From a bacterium (GTDB taxonomy: Bacteria; Electryoneota; Electryoneia; Electryoneales; Electryoneaceae), in contig OY769902.1 of the NCBI GenBank assembly GCA_963669175.1, forward strand, positions 2,144,001 through 2,208,000: a DNA stretch of 64,000 nucleotides. Direction: 5' to 3'. How positions within the stretch are numbered: position 1 is the stretch's first letter; every line of letters begins with the position of its first letter. Both the position numbers and the translations under genes were made by a program. The notes beneath the pieces are model-generated. The model made no database searches. It was given only the letters and a program-made list of their open reading frames with translations, and was not told the origin of the DNA. Below are positions 30,044-39,400 of this stretch, piece after piece.

Positions 30044-31161
30044 GTGAAAGCAAATACCTGAGCATCCCAAGTCAGGACGACAAGGAAAACGAGCTCCTGC
30101 TCAAGCTTGGAAAGGCTGGCAGGTTGAAGGACGTGGACATAGAGATTACCTCACGCTGTAATCTCCGTTGCAGACACTGTTATATCAAGGAGGCCGGCAA
30201 CAATCAACAGGCAAAAGATCGTGAGCTATCAGTAGAACAATGGCATGATATTATGCGCCAGGTTGCTGCAATGGGCGCTCTGAATTGCACAATTACCGGG
30301 GGCGATCCCCTGTTGCGAAAGGATTTCAAAGAGCTGTACCTGATGCTGAAACGGGAAGGGTTCCTGATAACAGTGTATTCGAATCTTACGTTGCTATCAG
30401 ATAAGCTATTCAAGCTGTTCGAAGAGTATCCGCCCATGTTACTGGAATCAACTGTTTATGGTGTGTCGGACGCTACTTATTCTCGTGTCACAGGAATCGC
30501 AGGCGCTTTCACCAGGTTCAAACAGAATGTCGAACGTATCAGGCAAGCCGGGATTCCCCTGGGATTAAAAGCAATGTTGCTCCACTCCAACCTTTGTGAA
30601 GCAGAAGCAATTGTTGACTATTGTATTGCGAACAGCGATGAACCACCGCGCTTTGACGCTGCGTTGGTGCTTCGACATGATGGTGATGCAGGGCTGAATG
30701 CTGTAATTCGGGATGAGCGGCTAACCGGCGAAGAAATTGTTAGCATCTTCGAACAAAGTCCTACGATAGCTTCGAATCTGGATTCTTTTTTCGAGACAGG
30801 TCGAAAAGCGAAAGACTACTTGGGCAAAGAGGTCCTTTTTACCTGTAGTGCTGGTATCGCCAGCGCGACAATCGGAGCTGATGGGATAATGCGTCCATGC
30901 AGCCTGCTGGTTCATCCTGACTACCTGTTCGATTTGAAAAAAATGCCGGTTCATGAAGCATTCAGACAATTACAGCAAAAAGTCAGGAACAGCAAAGTGG
31001 CTTCGCCGGAGCTTTATCCTTGTTCAACGTGCGAGTTGCGTGGGGCGTGTATGACCTGTCCAGCAATAAACTACCTGGAAACCGGGAGTCTTGAAAAAAT
31101 AGCGCCTTCTCTTTGCGACCTAAGTCACAAAGTCGTTTCTTTCAATAAAAGTAAGGCTTGA
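30040..31161 (+). CDS. Radical SAM/SPASM peptide maturase 2
   Basis: CNLRCRHC, TGGDPL, SPASM CSAG...PC...CSTC.....CMTCPA...LC; ATGA overlap start 30040. Confidence 0.93.
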   Translation: MSESKYLSIPSQDDKENELLLKLGKAGRLKDVDIEITSRCNLRCRHCYIKEAGNNQQAKDRELSVEQWHDIMRQVAAMGALNCTITGGDPLLRKDFKELYLMLKREGFLITVYSNLTLLSDKLFKLFEEYPPMLLESTVYGVSDATYSRVTGIAGAFTRFKQNVERIRQAGIPLGLKAMLLHSNLCEAEAIVDYCIANSDEPPRFDAALVLRHDGDAGLNAVIRDERLTGEEIVSIFEQSPTIASNLDSFFETGRKAKDYLGKEVLFTCSAGIASATIGADGIMRPCSLLVHPDYLFDLKKMPVHEAFRQLQQKVRNSKVASPELYPCSTCELRGACMTCPAINYLETGSLEKIAPSLCDLSHKVVSFNKSKA

Positions 31162-31233
31162 CCGGAATCATCTTCTTAGTTACCTTATTAAACCCAGTAA
31201 GGTGGCTTAAATGATTGTTTTAGTTGTTAATAG

Positions 31234-31249
31234 AGTGACGTAGATCACA
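31234..31249. promoter_or_regulatory. CRP/FNR-family-like operator upstream of the precursor gene
   Basis: AGTGA-CGTAGA-TCACA, 9/10 match to TGTGA-N6-TCACA. Confidence 0.4.
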
Positions 31250-31300
31250 AATTCAAAGTGATCATAAAGTGCAATTGCATACTGCTAAAGGAGATAGATC

Positions 31301-31450
31301 ATGAAGAAAGAGTGGAAAACCCCAGTTCTGACAGTTTTGCTGAAAGGGAAACTGGAGGGCGGATTCCTGGCTTGCCATTCCGGCGGCGCAAGTTCAGATC
31401 CGTATCATGAAGTACTCAAGTGTGCCACCCAGTTGGCATGTTCACAGTAA
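31301..31450 (+). CDS. RiPP precursor peptide MKKEWKTPVLTVLLKGKLEGGFLACHSGGASSDPYHEVLKCATQLACSQ (49 aa; absent from ORF track)
   Basis: AAGGAG RBS 7 nt before ATG; WxxPxL RRE-binding leader motif; three Cys; lies between rSAM2 and the ABC exporter. Confidence 0.85.
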   Translation: MKKEWKTPVLTVLLKGKLEGGFLACHSGGASSDPYHEVLKCATQLACSQ

Positions 31451-33231
31451 AACTGAAGCATTTTCGTTTTACATCCAGATTACTTCGTTCTACTGATCCA
31501 AAGGGTTTTTTTACCAGTTCAATCTTGTCTGTTCTACAGGGGCTCATGCCCCTTTTGTTACTCTATCTGGTGAAATTGCTGATTGATCGTCTGTCACAGG
31601 TCTTGTCAGGCAACACAGTAGATATTAATGAGATACAGGTAGTCTGGGTCGTTATCGCATTGGGAGGGGTGTCGCTTTTCCAAAGCGCACTAGCGCATAT
31701 TGCCAATTATTACAACCAGGTATTCAGCGAAAGAATGGTTGACCAGGTCCAGGACATCATTCATTCAAAATCCATAACCTTGGATGTGGAATACTATGAG
31801 AATTCTTCTTACTACAACATTCTGCATCTTGTCCAGCAGGAAGGACGCCATCGTGTAGCGCACCTTACCAGGATATACAGTAACCTGGTACTCAATACAG
31901 TTACTCTTCTGTCGATGTCGGTAGCGTTGCTTGTTGTCAGCAAGCATGTTGGCTGGATTCTTCTACTTGCCAGTTTTCCTGCTCTTTGGGTCCGATTCAA
32001 ATTTGCCGGTATTAATCATAAATGGAAGAATGACGTTGCTGAAACAGAACGGCAAGGGGAGTACCTGAATTGGTTGCTGATAAGTCCCTGGTATGCGGCT
32101 GATATCAGGATGCTGGGACTAGGCAACTATTTCAAAACAGCGTACCAGGATGTCAGAAAAAAAATCAGAACAGCGAGATTGTATATAGCATGGAAACGTT
32201 CCTGGTTCGAGTTCTTTGCAGAGGGCAGCGCTACACTGGTTGTTTTTGGATCACTTCTTGTTGTGGCTTTACGCGCAGTGAAGGGGTTGATAACACTCGG
32301 TGATACAGTTGCATTCTACCAGGCATTGCTACGTGGTGTGCAGGCTGTGCGCAATATCGTGACAGAACTTGCACAATTACATGAATCAAATCTGTTCTTG
32401 TCACATCTGGAAGAATTCCTGGAGATAGAACCGAAGTCTCCACCATGTGCGCAAACAAGAAGCGTTCTTCCAAAAATGATACATTCTATCACTCTGAAAG
32501 ATGTATCATTTGCCTATCCCAGGAGTAACCGTCTTGTTTTGGAACAGATTTCGTTCAGCATTGAACCGGGTGAATTAATCGTTGTCGTGGGGGAAAATGG
32601 TGCCGGGAAAACGACTATGGCCAAATTATTAGGCAGGTTATATGAACCGGGGGATGGTTCAGTCTGTATTAATGGGATTGACTACCGTGATTTTGATCCG
32701 GAAGAAGTGAAGAAAATGATAGCATATTTACCACAAGATTTGGCAAAATATGAAGTTAGCATTACAGAGAATGTCTGGTATGGTGATATTGATCGTCCCC
32801 GCAGGGAGGATGAGATCGACAGGGCTTTGGAGTTCGCCGGGTTGCTTGAAAGCGTGAATGCTCTCCCACAAAAAAAAGAGACCATCCTTGGCTCGTTGTT
32901 TGCAAACGGAATAAATCTGAGTGAAGGCCAATGGCGAAGGTTGGCGCTGGCACGGGCCAATTTCAGAAAGGCAGAATTTGTCATCATGGATGAACCACTG
33001 GCTGCAATTGACGCGTTGACTGAAGCTAGCCTGATTGAACAAGTGAAAGCTATGGCCAATGAAAAAGCTGTTTTATTGATAAGCCACAGGTTCTCTTTGG
33101 CGCGTCAGGCGAATAAAATTCTGGTGCTGAAGGAAGGAAAGCTCGTTGAAACAGGAACACATCAGCAGTTGATGGAACTTGGCGGGTACTATTCGCTTAT
33201 GTACAACAGGCAGGCGGGATTCTATAACTAA
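31438..33231 (+). CDS. ABC exporter, fused permease/ATPase (no C39 domain)
   Basis: N-terminal TM domain, GENGAGKTT, LSEGQWRR, IMDEP, ISHR; start overlaps the precursor stop. Confidence 0.9.
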   Translation: MFTVKLKHFRFTSRLLRSTDPKGFFTSSILSVLQGLMPLLLLYLVKLLIDRLSQVLSGNTVDINEIQVVWVVIALGGVSLFQSALAHIANYYNQVFSERMVDQVQDIIHSKSITLDVEYYENSSYYNILHLVQQEGRHRVAHLTRIYSNLVLNTVTLLSMSVALLVVSKHVGWILLLASFPALWVRFKFAGINHKWKNDVAETERQGEYLNWLLISPWYAADIRMLGLGNYFKTAYQDVRKKIRTARLYIAWKRSWFEFFAEGSATLVVFGSLLVVALRAVKGLITLGDTVAFYQALLRGVQAVRNIVTELAQLHESNLFLSHLEEFLEIEPKSPPCAQTRSVLPKMIHSITLKDVSFAYPRSNRLVLEQISFSIEPGELIVVVGENGAGKTTMAKLLGRLYEPGDGSVCINGIDYRDFDPEEVKKMIAYLPQDLAKYEVSITENVWYGDIDRPRREDEIDRALEFAGLLESVNALPQKKETILGSLFANGINLSEGQWRRLALARANFRKAEFVIMDEPLAAIDALTEASLIEQVKAMANEKAVLLISHRFSLARQANKILVLKEGKLVETGTHQQLMELGGYYSLMYNRQAGFYN

Positions 33232-33649
33232 TATAGACGGCTGATGCTGGATCGTAAGATGTTCGTCCGATGGACATGAAGTCTCGATCATTTACCCCAT
33301 GCTGAAGAGTTGAGCGCGCCTTTCACCTGTTTCATTTCAGACCAAAGCGGAAGTCCAGCACGATCTCCGATAAAAGAGGTCGGGGTGAGTTGCATAGTAG
33401 TGAAATATGTTGTATCCTTAAAAAGAGATGTAAATAATTGTAATTTATGATTTTCGGTTTATTTGGTGAGTGACTCTTTTTTCATGATTTTATTGTTTGA
33501 ATCTCTTGGTGTTGATCTAGTGCACAGAGATTTGACAGATCCTACCGTACATTCAGTATGGATGGAATGTAGGATTTTACAGTGAACATAATCCGCAATT
33601 TGCGGTTTAAGTGGTTTTGGAACAGCAACATGCTGTGAAGGAGGTTGTC

Positions 33650-36600
33650 ATGAAACGGACAATCCTGACGATAAGCTTTTTATCCTTGTTTATTGGGGTT
33701 GCATTTGCACAAAAGCCATCATTGGAAAAAGTGCAGGCAGAACTGGCCAGTTTCGAAAACTCATCGTCGCACCTGTTAGTCTATGGCGCCGGGTATTCGG
33801 GGCAGGTTGAGAACTGGTTCAGCGAACTGGATGAGTTGGATGAAGTTCTGCTGTCAGAAGATTTCTCTACCGGTATTCCCGAAACATGGACCATCACGAA
33901 CCATGCAGATGTGGGCGATCCCACCTGGGAAGCGATTTCGGATCCGGCGCTTGGCGAATTAATGTTACCATATGCCGCTATGTATCCGGAGCTATACGGT
34001 GGTGGTAATTATGCAAGCTCGTTGCTGACGCCGTCCATTAACTGTTCGGAAGTATCCTCTGTTGTTTTGACTTTCAATACAGAGTTTGCGACCATTGCGC
34101 CAGGTGTGGGCTATGAAACGGTAAAGGTAATGGTGTCGCGTGATGGTGGGGTTACATGGCCTGATACTGTTTACTCTGTTCTCAATAATTTGAGTCAATA
34201 TCCAGTTGAAGTTGACTTGTCCGAATCAGTGAGCGGATTCGCTGATGTCATTGTACGTTTTTATTATGCGGACAATGGCTTGCAGGGGCGTTACTGGGCT
34301 ATTGATGATGTCGCTATCATCGCGGATCCACCTCCTTCAGTAAGTGTTATTTCAAGCCCAATGGCAGCTTTCGACGATCAGGATGTCGAAATTGTACTTG
34401 AATCAACAGATAATTCCGGGCTTGGGTTGGATACGGATGCCATGTTTGTTTATTACGGTGAAATCGTTGGAAATTCGGTTCCCAATCCCAGCAGCGTAGC
34501 CCTTGCCGCAACGGGTGAGGAGAATGAATTCAGTGCAACGATTCCGCAAGCGGATCTGACAGCGAATGCAGATATCGGCTGGTGGATTTCCATCAGTGAT
34601 AATGCAGGCGCAGAGGCTCGACGGCCAATTACAGAGGGCGCGTATTACAGTTTCCATGTTTATCCCGGTTCATACGACTATATGACCTCACAGGTGGACT
34701 ATTTCTTTACCGATATCAGTGAGACCGGTACCGCATTAAATCTTGAAGATGATGATGTTGCCGTAATAAGTTGGGCTGGTCAAGCTGATCCATTCCCGTG
34801 GTACAGTGGTACTTTCCAGCAGTGTCGTGTATCCTCAAACGGCTGGATTTCTTTCGGTACACCAACAGATTCTTATCCATTACTTCCTCCTTTCCCGAGC
34901 TCACAGGGACCGCACAATACCATCGCTGTGGCCGGAACAGACTTGAATCCCGAAACGGGCGGGGCCATTTACTGGCAGGTACTGAATGATCGTATCATTA
35001 TCCAATATGATGCTGTTCGATTTTATAATTCCGTACAAACATTTACCGGGCAGATCGTACTGGTACCCAGCACACAGTCGGTGTTTCTGAACTATCCCAC
35101 AGCCAATACCGCGGCTTGGGCGTTCAACCACTCTGTCGGTTTTGAGAACAATGCCGGATTGATTGGGCACTCCTTTGAATATGGAACTGTCTGGAATCTC
35201 TTTAACGGTGTTGTGGATGGTACTTCATTGCTGGTCGGTGTGAATCCGGCGCACATCGAGGGGACGATAACGGATAATGAAGAGCCCCCCAGTCCACTGG
35301 AAGGGGTAGAAGTTTCTTTGACGGTCAGTGGCGATGTATTGCAGACCTGGACAGATGAAGAAGGATTCTACGGCTTTTACGATATCGTACCTGGAAACCA
35401 TACAATCCAGGCAGCTTTTGTGGATTATCTGCCGCATGGACCTCAAGCGGTAGCCCTGACAGGAGGCGATACGACCACCTACAATATTCAACTGGCGCTT
35501 GATCCTTCGGCTGATGTTGATGTTGATGGGTACATCTGGGTGCGTGATGAGGTGAATGTTACACCTGTTTCAAATGTTACTGTTTATATCCAGCTTCTTG
35601 ACCTGACGGTAACAACCAACGAGAGCGGATATTTCAATCTCGGGACGCAACCACAGGGCGTTTATACGTTCCGTCTGACCCATAATACAACCGGCTCCAA
35701 TGCTTTTCACAATGTCCGCTACCAGGGGGTGTCCGTCTCCAGTGATACGACCTTCGCCTTTGAGATGGATGAAATAATGGCGCCATCCGAAGTTGCCGCC
35801 ATCCCGGGGGAAAGGTCAGTAACTCTTTATTGGGATTTGCCAACCAACGAGCAGGACGAAGTTCTTCTGACCCGTATTCTGGACAATCGTCGTGAGGCGC
35901 TGGCTTCAGCGCAAAACGCTTCCATTTCACCCGAAAAGCTTGCCAGGTTGGAAGATGAAGTGCTTCGTTATTCAAAGGCTTTGGCAAGAGTACAGGAAAG
36001 AGCTGGCCTGAACGAGCTGGATGAGCTCGGGGTTATTGAAGGGTACATGGTAAAAATGGATGGCAGTGTTGTGAATAGCGCTGTTGTCGATACCTTCCTT
36101 GTGATTGATACACTTACCAATTTTGTCCAATATGATTTTGAAGTTGCAGTGGATTACGGATATGACAGCAATGAGTACCTTGTCTGGTCAGATCCTATTA
36201 CGGTTCAGCCGGTTTCAGGGCCACGTTACGAGCGTGATTTGCTCGATGAATTTGTCTGGTATGAATTGAACCCTGATAGTGTACAGCGTCAAGGTGTACA
36301 TGCCACGGGGCTTATTGATGACGGTTTAACCCCATGGGTCAGCATCACGCCAAACGTGTTCTCATTCTACGAAGTTGAGTATAATCGCTTCGTCATCAGT
36401 TCCAACGGATACATCAGCTTTACCAGCCTTGTGTCTTCCGTTGGTGGTTCAATCCCTGATCCAGCGCAACCGAATGCGATTATTGCTCCCTATTGGACTG
36501 ATCTTGATCCGGGATCACCGACAGAAGAAGTCTGGCACTGGTTTAACCAGACGGACAGCATTGTTGTCGTTCAATGGACAACAGGGAACAACCCCGGTCC

Positions 36601-39136
36601 GGAAATAAACCTGAAGGAATTCCAGATTATTCTGGATCTGACCGATAACAGTTTCATCATGAGTTACAAGCATGCGGAAGATGGCTGGGATATTGATCAG
36701 GGTGTTACCATCGGTGTGGAAGGGCAGGGTGGTGTTCGAGGGACAGTATGTCCGCACAGTAGCATAACGGACTACCTTTCGGTCAAGTATGAATTCTTTG
36801 ACCGGGATTTCGGGAACATTACCGGTCGCGTTACCGATGGTGAAAGTGGCGTTGCAGGCGCGTTGGTGTTTGCTTCTTATGACAGGTATGACGTGCGTGA
36901 CACGACAGATGTCGATGGTTACTACACGCTGCTTGGTGTTGATACTGCTTTCACGTATGATGTTGTTGCATGGGCTGAAAACTACGCTCCTGTCTATCAG
37001 CAGGTTTCGCCTGATGATTGGGGAGCATTCACGTTGACACTTGATGACCTGGAATTTGGTGGCGCCGGCAGCAGCCCTGGCGGTTTCAACCTGGTATCGC
37101 CTGGAAATACTTCTGCGCTTTACGATGATCACACCATTCTTGAGTGGACGGAGTCCGTTGACACTGATACGTTTGACCTGGTCCACTACTTCGTGGAATG
37201 GAGTTCAGACGTCAGCTTCGCAGAGGATGTCTATTCTGCTACGACGAATAATACTGAATACACGATCCGTGATTTGCTGGATGCATTCAACTTGAATGAC
37301 TTCATTTACTGGCGGGTGAAGGCGATTGACCTTGCTGGCAACGAAACGTGGTCGACCAATGGCGGGCAGGCAGGCTTTGTTTTCATGCTGGCGCCTTCCA
37401 CGCCACCGGATCCATTTGATCTGGTTTCACCGGCCAACGGTGCTACGACAGGCAATACGGTAAACTTCTCCTGGAATCATGCACTGGAAGATGATTACGG
37501 AGATTCGGTTGTTTACCATTTGGAGATTTCGACTTCCAACGATCCTTTCGCGGCAACCTATACGTACAACACCGGCAGTAGTGTCAGCTATACTACGGAT
37601 CAGTTGCCGGACAATACCCAATTGTGGTGGCGTGTCCTTGCACAGGATTTGAACACATCCGGAACGTATTCCAACCAGACCTGGAGTTTCAATCATCCGC
37701 CTTATTCGAGCAGCGGTAATTTCTCTGATGGTTGGAATGGATGGTACCTGTTCAGCATTCCTGCGATACCACAGGTTGGTCAGAACGATACAGCGTCAAT
37801 TATCGGTGATGACGTTACCGGTGACTACGCGGTCTATTCGGGAAATTCACCGCATCAACCGGTTGGTACATTATCCAATGGGCCGGGATACTGGCTGTGG
37901 TTGGAAAACGATGCGACGATTGATATGGCCGGTAGCCGTCGATTTGACGATTATTCCATGACGTTGGATGATGGTTGGAACACCGTCGGCGCGGCAATGT
38001 CTTACGAATACGATGTGGCTGATCTGAAGCTCACGGACGGCTCTGATACACTGACCTGGCAACAGGCAGCCAGTGAATTCTGGATCGTTCCGAGTTCAAT
38101 TGGTTACAACCCGTTCAGCGGTTCTTATGAGATTGTCTCAGAACTTGTGCCATGGAACGGTTACAGCCTGTTTGTGGTGCCAGATCCTTCCAATCCCGGG
38201 CGCGAGTTGTCATTAATAACAGAGCCAGTATTCCCGGATCTTGTAATGGCCCCGGTTACAGAGATAACAGGGATCAAGCTGGAACCCTCCGCTGAAAAGG
38301 CGAAGGGGAAGACCAGGACGACTACTGCATCAACCAAGCCAAAGAAGGAAACAGATAGCCAGAATGATGAGCTGGATACCGTAAACAACTGGTTCCTCCC
38401 GGTTGTTATCACCCAGGGTGACATGTCTGACGAGCTGGCCGGGATTGGTGTGAATCCGTTTGCTACCGATTCCATCGAAAGCAGCTATGACCTCCCGGTG
38501 CCACCGGCTCCTGCAAGCGGCAGCTATATCCGGATCATGTTCCTGCCGGATGAAATCTCAGAGACTTGGCGCGCAAGTGGTGATACCATGATGGCCAGGG
38601 ATATTCGTGAGCCCTTCGACAATACCATGCAGAAAATCTGGTATGGTTTCATTGACGGAACTGAAACGGGCATGGTTGAGCTGGACTTCAGCGCTGCTAC
38701 GGACTCACTTCCGGAACACTTTGCGGCCTATCTGAACCTGAACGGTCAATACTACAATGTCAGCAATGATCCGTTTATTCAGTTCAACAAGACGGATACG
38801 CGACATGATTTCCTGTTGACTGTTGCAGATGAAGATGCTGTCCCGATGCATGAAGAAGAAGCGTTGCCGACTGAATACGCGGTTGAATCGATTTATCCGA
38901 ACCCGTTCAACCCGATGACAACGATACAGGTGGGCCTGCCACAGGCGAGCAGCCTGCGTATCAATGTCTTCAACGTGCTTGGACAAGAGGTTGCGCAGGT
39001 GGTCAATGGACAATATGCAGCCGGACGTCACCGCTTCCTGTTCAAAGCGGAAAACCTGTCCAGCGGTGTGTATTTCGTGCATGTTTCCGCGCCCGGCAAG
39101 CTGGATACTGTCAGGAAACTGGTGCTGACGAGGTAA
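33650..39136 (+). CDS. Large secreted multidomain protein (carboxypeptidase-regulatory-like, FN3-like, nidogen-like repeats) with T9SS-type C-terminal domain
   Basis: AAGGAGG RBS, signal peptide, two 'ISSNG(W/Y)ISF...PN..IA....DL.P' domains, C-terminal YPNPFNP...SSGVYF...KLVLTR. Confidence 0.88.
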   Translation: MKRTILTISFLSLFIGVAFAQKPSLEKVQAELASFENSSSHLLVYGAGYSGQVENWFSELDELDEVLLSEDFSTGIPETWTITNHADVGDPTWEAISDPALGELMLPYAAMYPELYGGGNYASSLLTPSINCSEVSSVVLTFNTEFATIAPGVGYETVKVMVSRDGGVTWPDTVYSVLNNLSQYPVEVDLSESVSGFADVIVRFYYADNGLQGRYWAIDDVAIIADPPPSVSVISSPMAAFDDQDVEIVLESTDNSGLGLDTDAMFVYYGEIVGNSVPNPSSVALAATGEENEFSATIPQADLTANADIGWWISISDNAGAEARRPITEGAYYSFHVYPGSYDYMTSQVDYFFTDISETGTALNLEDDDVAVISWAGQADPFPWYSGTFQQCRVSSNGWISFGTPTDSYPLLPPFPSSQGPHNTIAVAGTDLNPETGGAIYWQVLNDRIIIQYDAVRFYNSVQTFTGQIVLVPSTQSVFLNYPTANTAAWAFNHSVGFENNAGLIGHSFEYGTVWNLFNGVVDGTSLLVGVNPAHIEGTITDNEEPPSPLEGVEVSLTVSGDVLQTWTDEEGFYGFYDIVPGNHTIQAAFVDYLPHGPQAVALTGGDTTTYNIQLALDPSADVDVDGYIWVRDEVNVTPVSNVTVYIQLLDLTVTTNESGYFNLGTQPQGVYTFRLTHNTTGSNAFHNVRYQGVSVSSDTTFAFEMDEIMAPSEVAAIPGERSVTLYWDLPTNEQDEVLLTRILDNRREALASAQNASISPEKLARLEDEVLRYSKALARVQERAGLNELDELGVIEGYMVKMDGSVVNSAVVDTFLVIDTLTNFVQYDFEVAVDYGYDSNEYLVWSDPITVQPVSGPRYERDLLDEFVWYELNPDSVQRQGVHATGLIDDGLTPWVSITPNVFSFYEVEYNRFVISSNGYISFTSLVSSVGGSIPDPAQPNAIIAPYWTDLDPGSPTEEVWHWFNQTDSIVVVQWTTGNNPGPEINLKEFQIILDLTDNSFIMSYKHAEDGWDIDQGVTIGVEGQGGVRGTVCPHSSITDYLSVKYEFFDRDFGNITGRVTDGESGVAGALVFASYDRYDVRDTTDVDGYYTLLGVDTAFTYDVVAWAENYAPVYQQVSPDDWGAFTLTLDDLEFGGAGSSPGGFNLVSPGNTSALYDDHTILEWTESVDTDTFDLVHYFVEWSSDVSFAEDVYSATTNNTEYTIRDLLDAFNLNDFIYWRVKAIDLAGNETWSTNGGQAGFVFMLAPSTPPDPFDLVSPANGATTGNTVNFSWNHALEDDYGDSVVYHLEISTSNDPFAATYTYNTGSSVSYTTDQLPDNTQLWWRVLAQDLNTSGTYSNQTWSFNHPPYSSSGNFSDGWNGWYLFSIPAIPQVGQNDTASIIGDDVTGDYAVYSGNSPHQPVGTLSNGPGYWLWLENDATIDMAGSRRFDDYSMTLDDGWNTVGAAMSYEYDVADLKLTDGSDTLTWQQAASEFWIVPSSIGYNPFSGSYEIVSELVPWNGYSLFVVPDPSNPGRELSLITEPVFPDLVMAPVTEITGIKLEPSAEKAKGKTRTTTASTKPKKETDSQNDELDTVNNWFLPVVITQGDMSDELAGIGVNPFATDSIESSYDLPVPPAPASGSYIRIMFLPDEISETWRASGDTMMARDIREPFDNTMQKIWYGFIDGTETGMVELDFSAATDSLPEHFAAYLNLNGQYYNVSNDPFIQFNKTDTRHDFLLTVADEDAVPMHEEEALPTEYAVESIYPNPFNPMTTIQVGLPQASSLRINVFNVLGQEVAQVVNGQYAAGRHRFLFKAENLSSGVYFVHVSAPGKLDTVRKLVLTR

Positions 39137-39167
39137 TTCTCGATTTCTGTCGATTCCCTTGATAGAT

Positions 39168-39199
39168 AACCGTCTCCCCGCAAAGGAGGCGGTTTTTTC
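39168..39199 (+). terminator. Intrinsic terminator
   Basis: AACCGTCTCC/GGAGGCGGTT hairpin followed by a T-tract. Confidence 0.75.
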
Positions 39200-39400
39200 T
39201 TCGATGCTCACGATAACCACGAGATCCCCAGTTGATCCCCGACTACAACATTCGGTGAGGGGATGACATGGTGTAAATCTTCTGAATACTGCGACAGGAT
39301 TCCGCGAGATTCATGAATATCGCTTGCTGATTTTCTTGATCTCACAGCCTGCGGGTGGTTACCTTCACAAGATTACGTTTACTACAGGACAGGAGAAGCC

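Noticed and set aside
31358-31363. Double-glycine leader cleavage by a PCAT
   Set aside because: GG is present but the ABC exporter has no C39 peptidase domain; the S24/S26 peptidase is the more likely protease
27090-33231. PQQ or lasso-peptide biosynthesis
   Set aside because: No PqqB/C and no ExxxY core; no lasso cyclase or transglutaminase-like B2 protease
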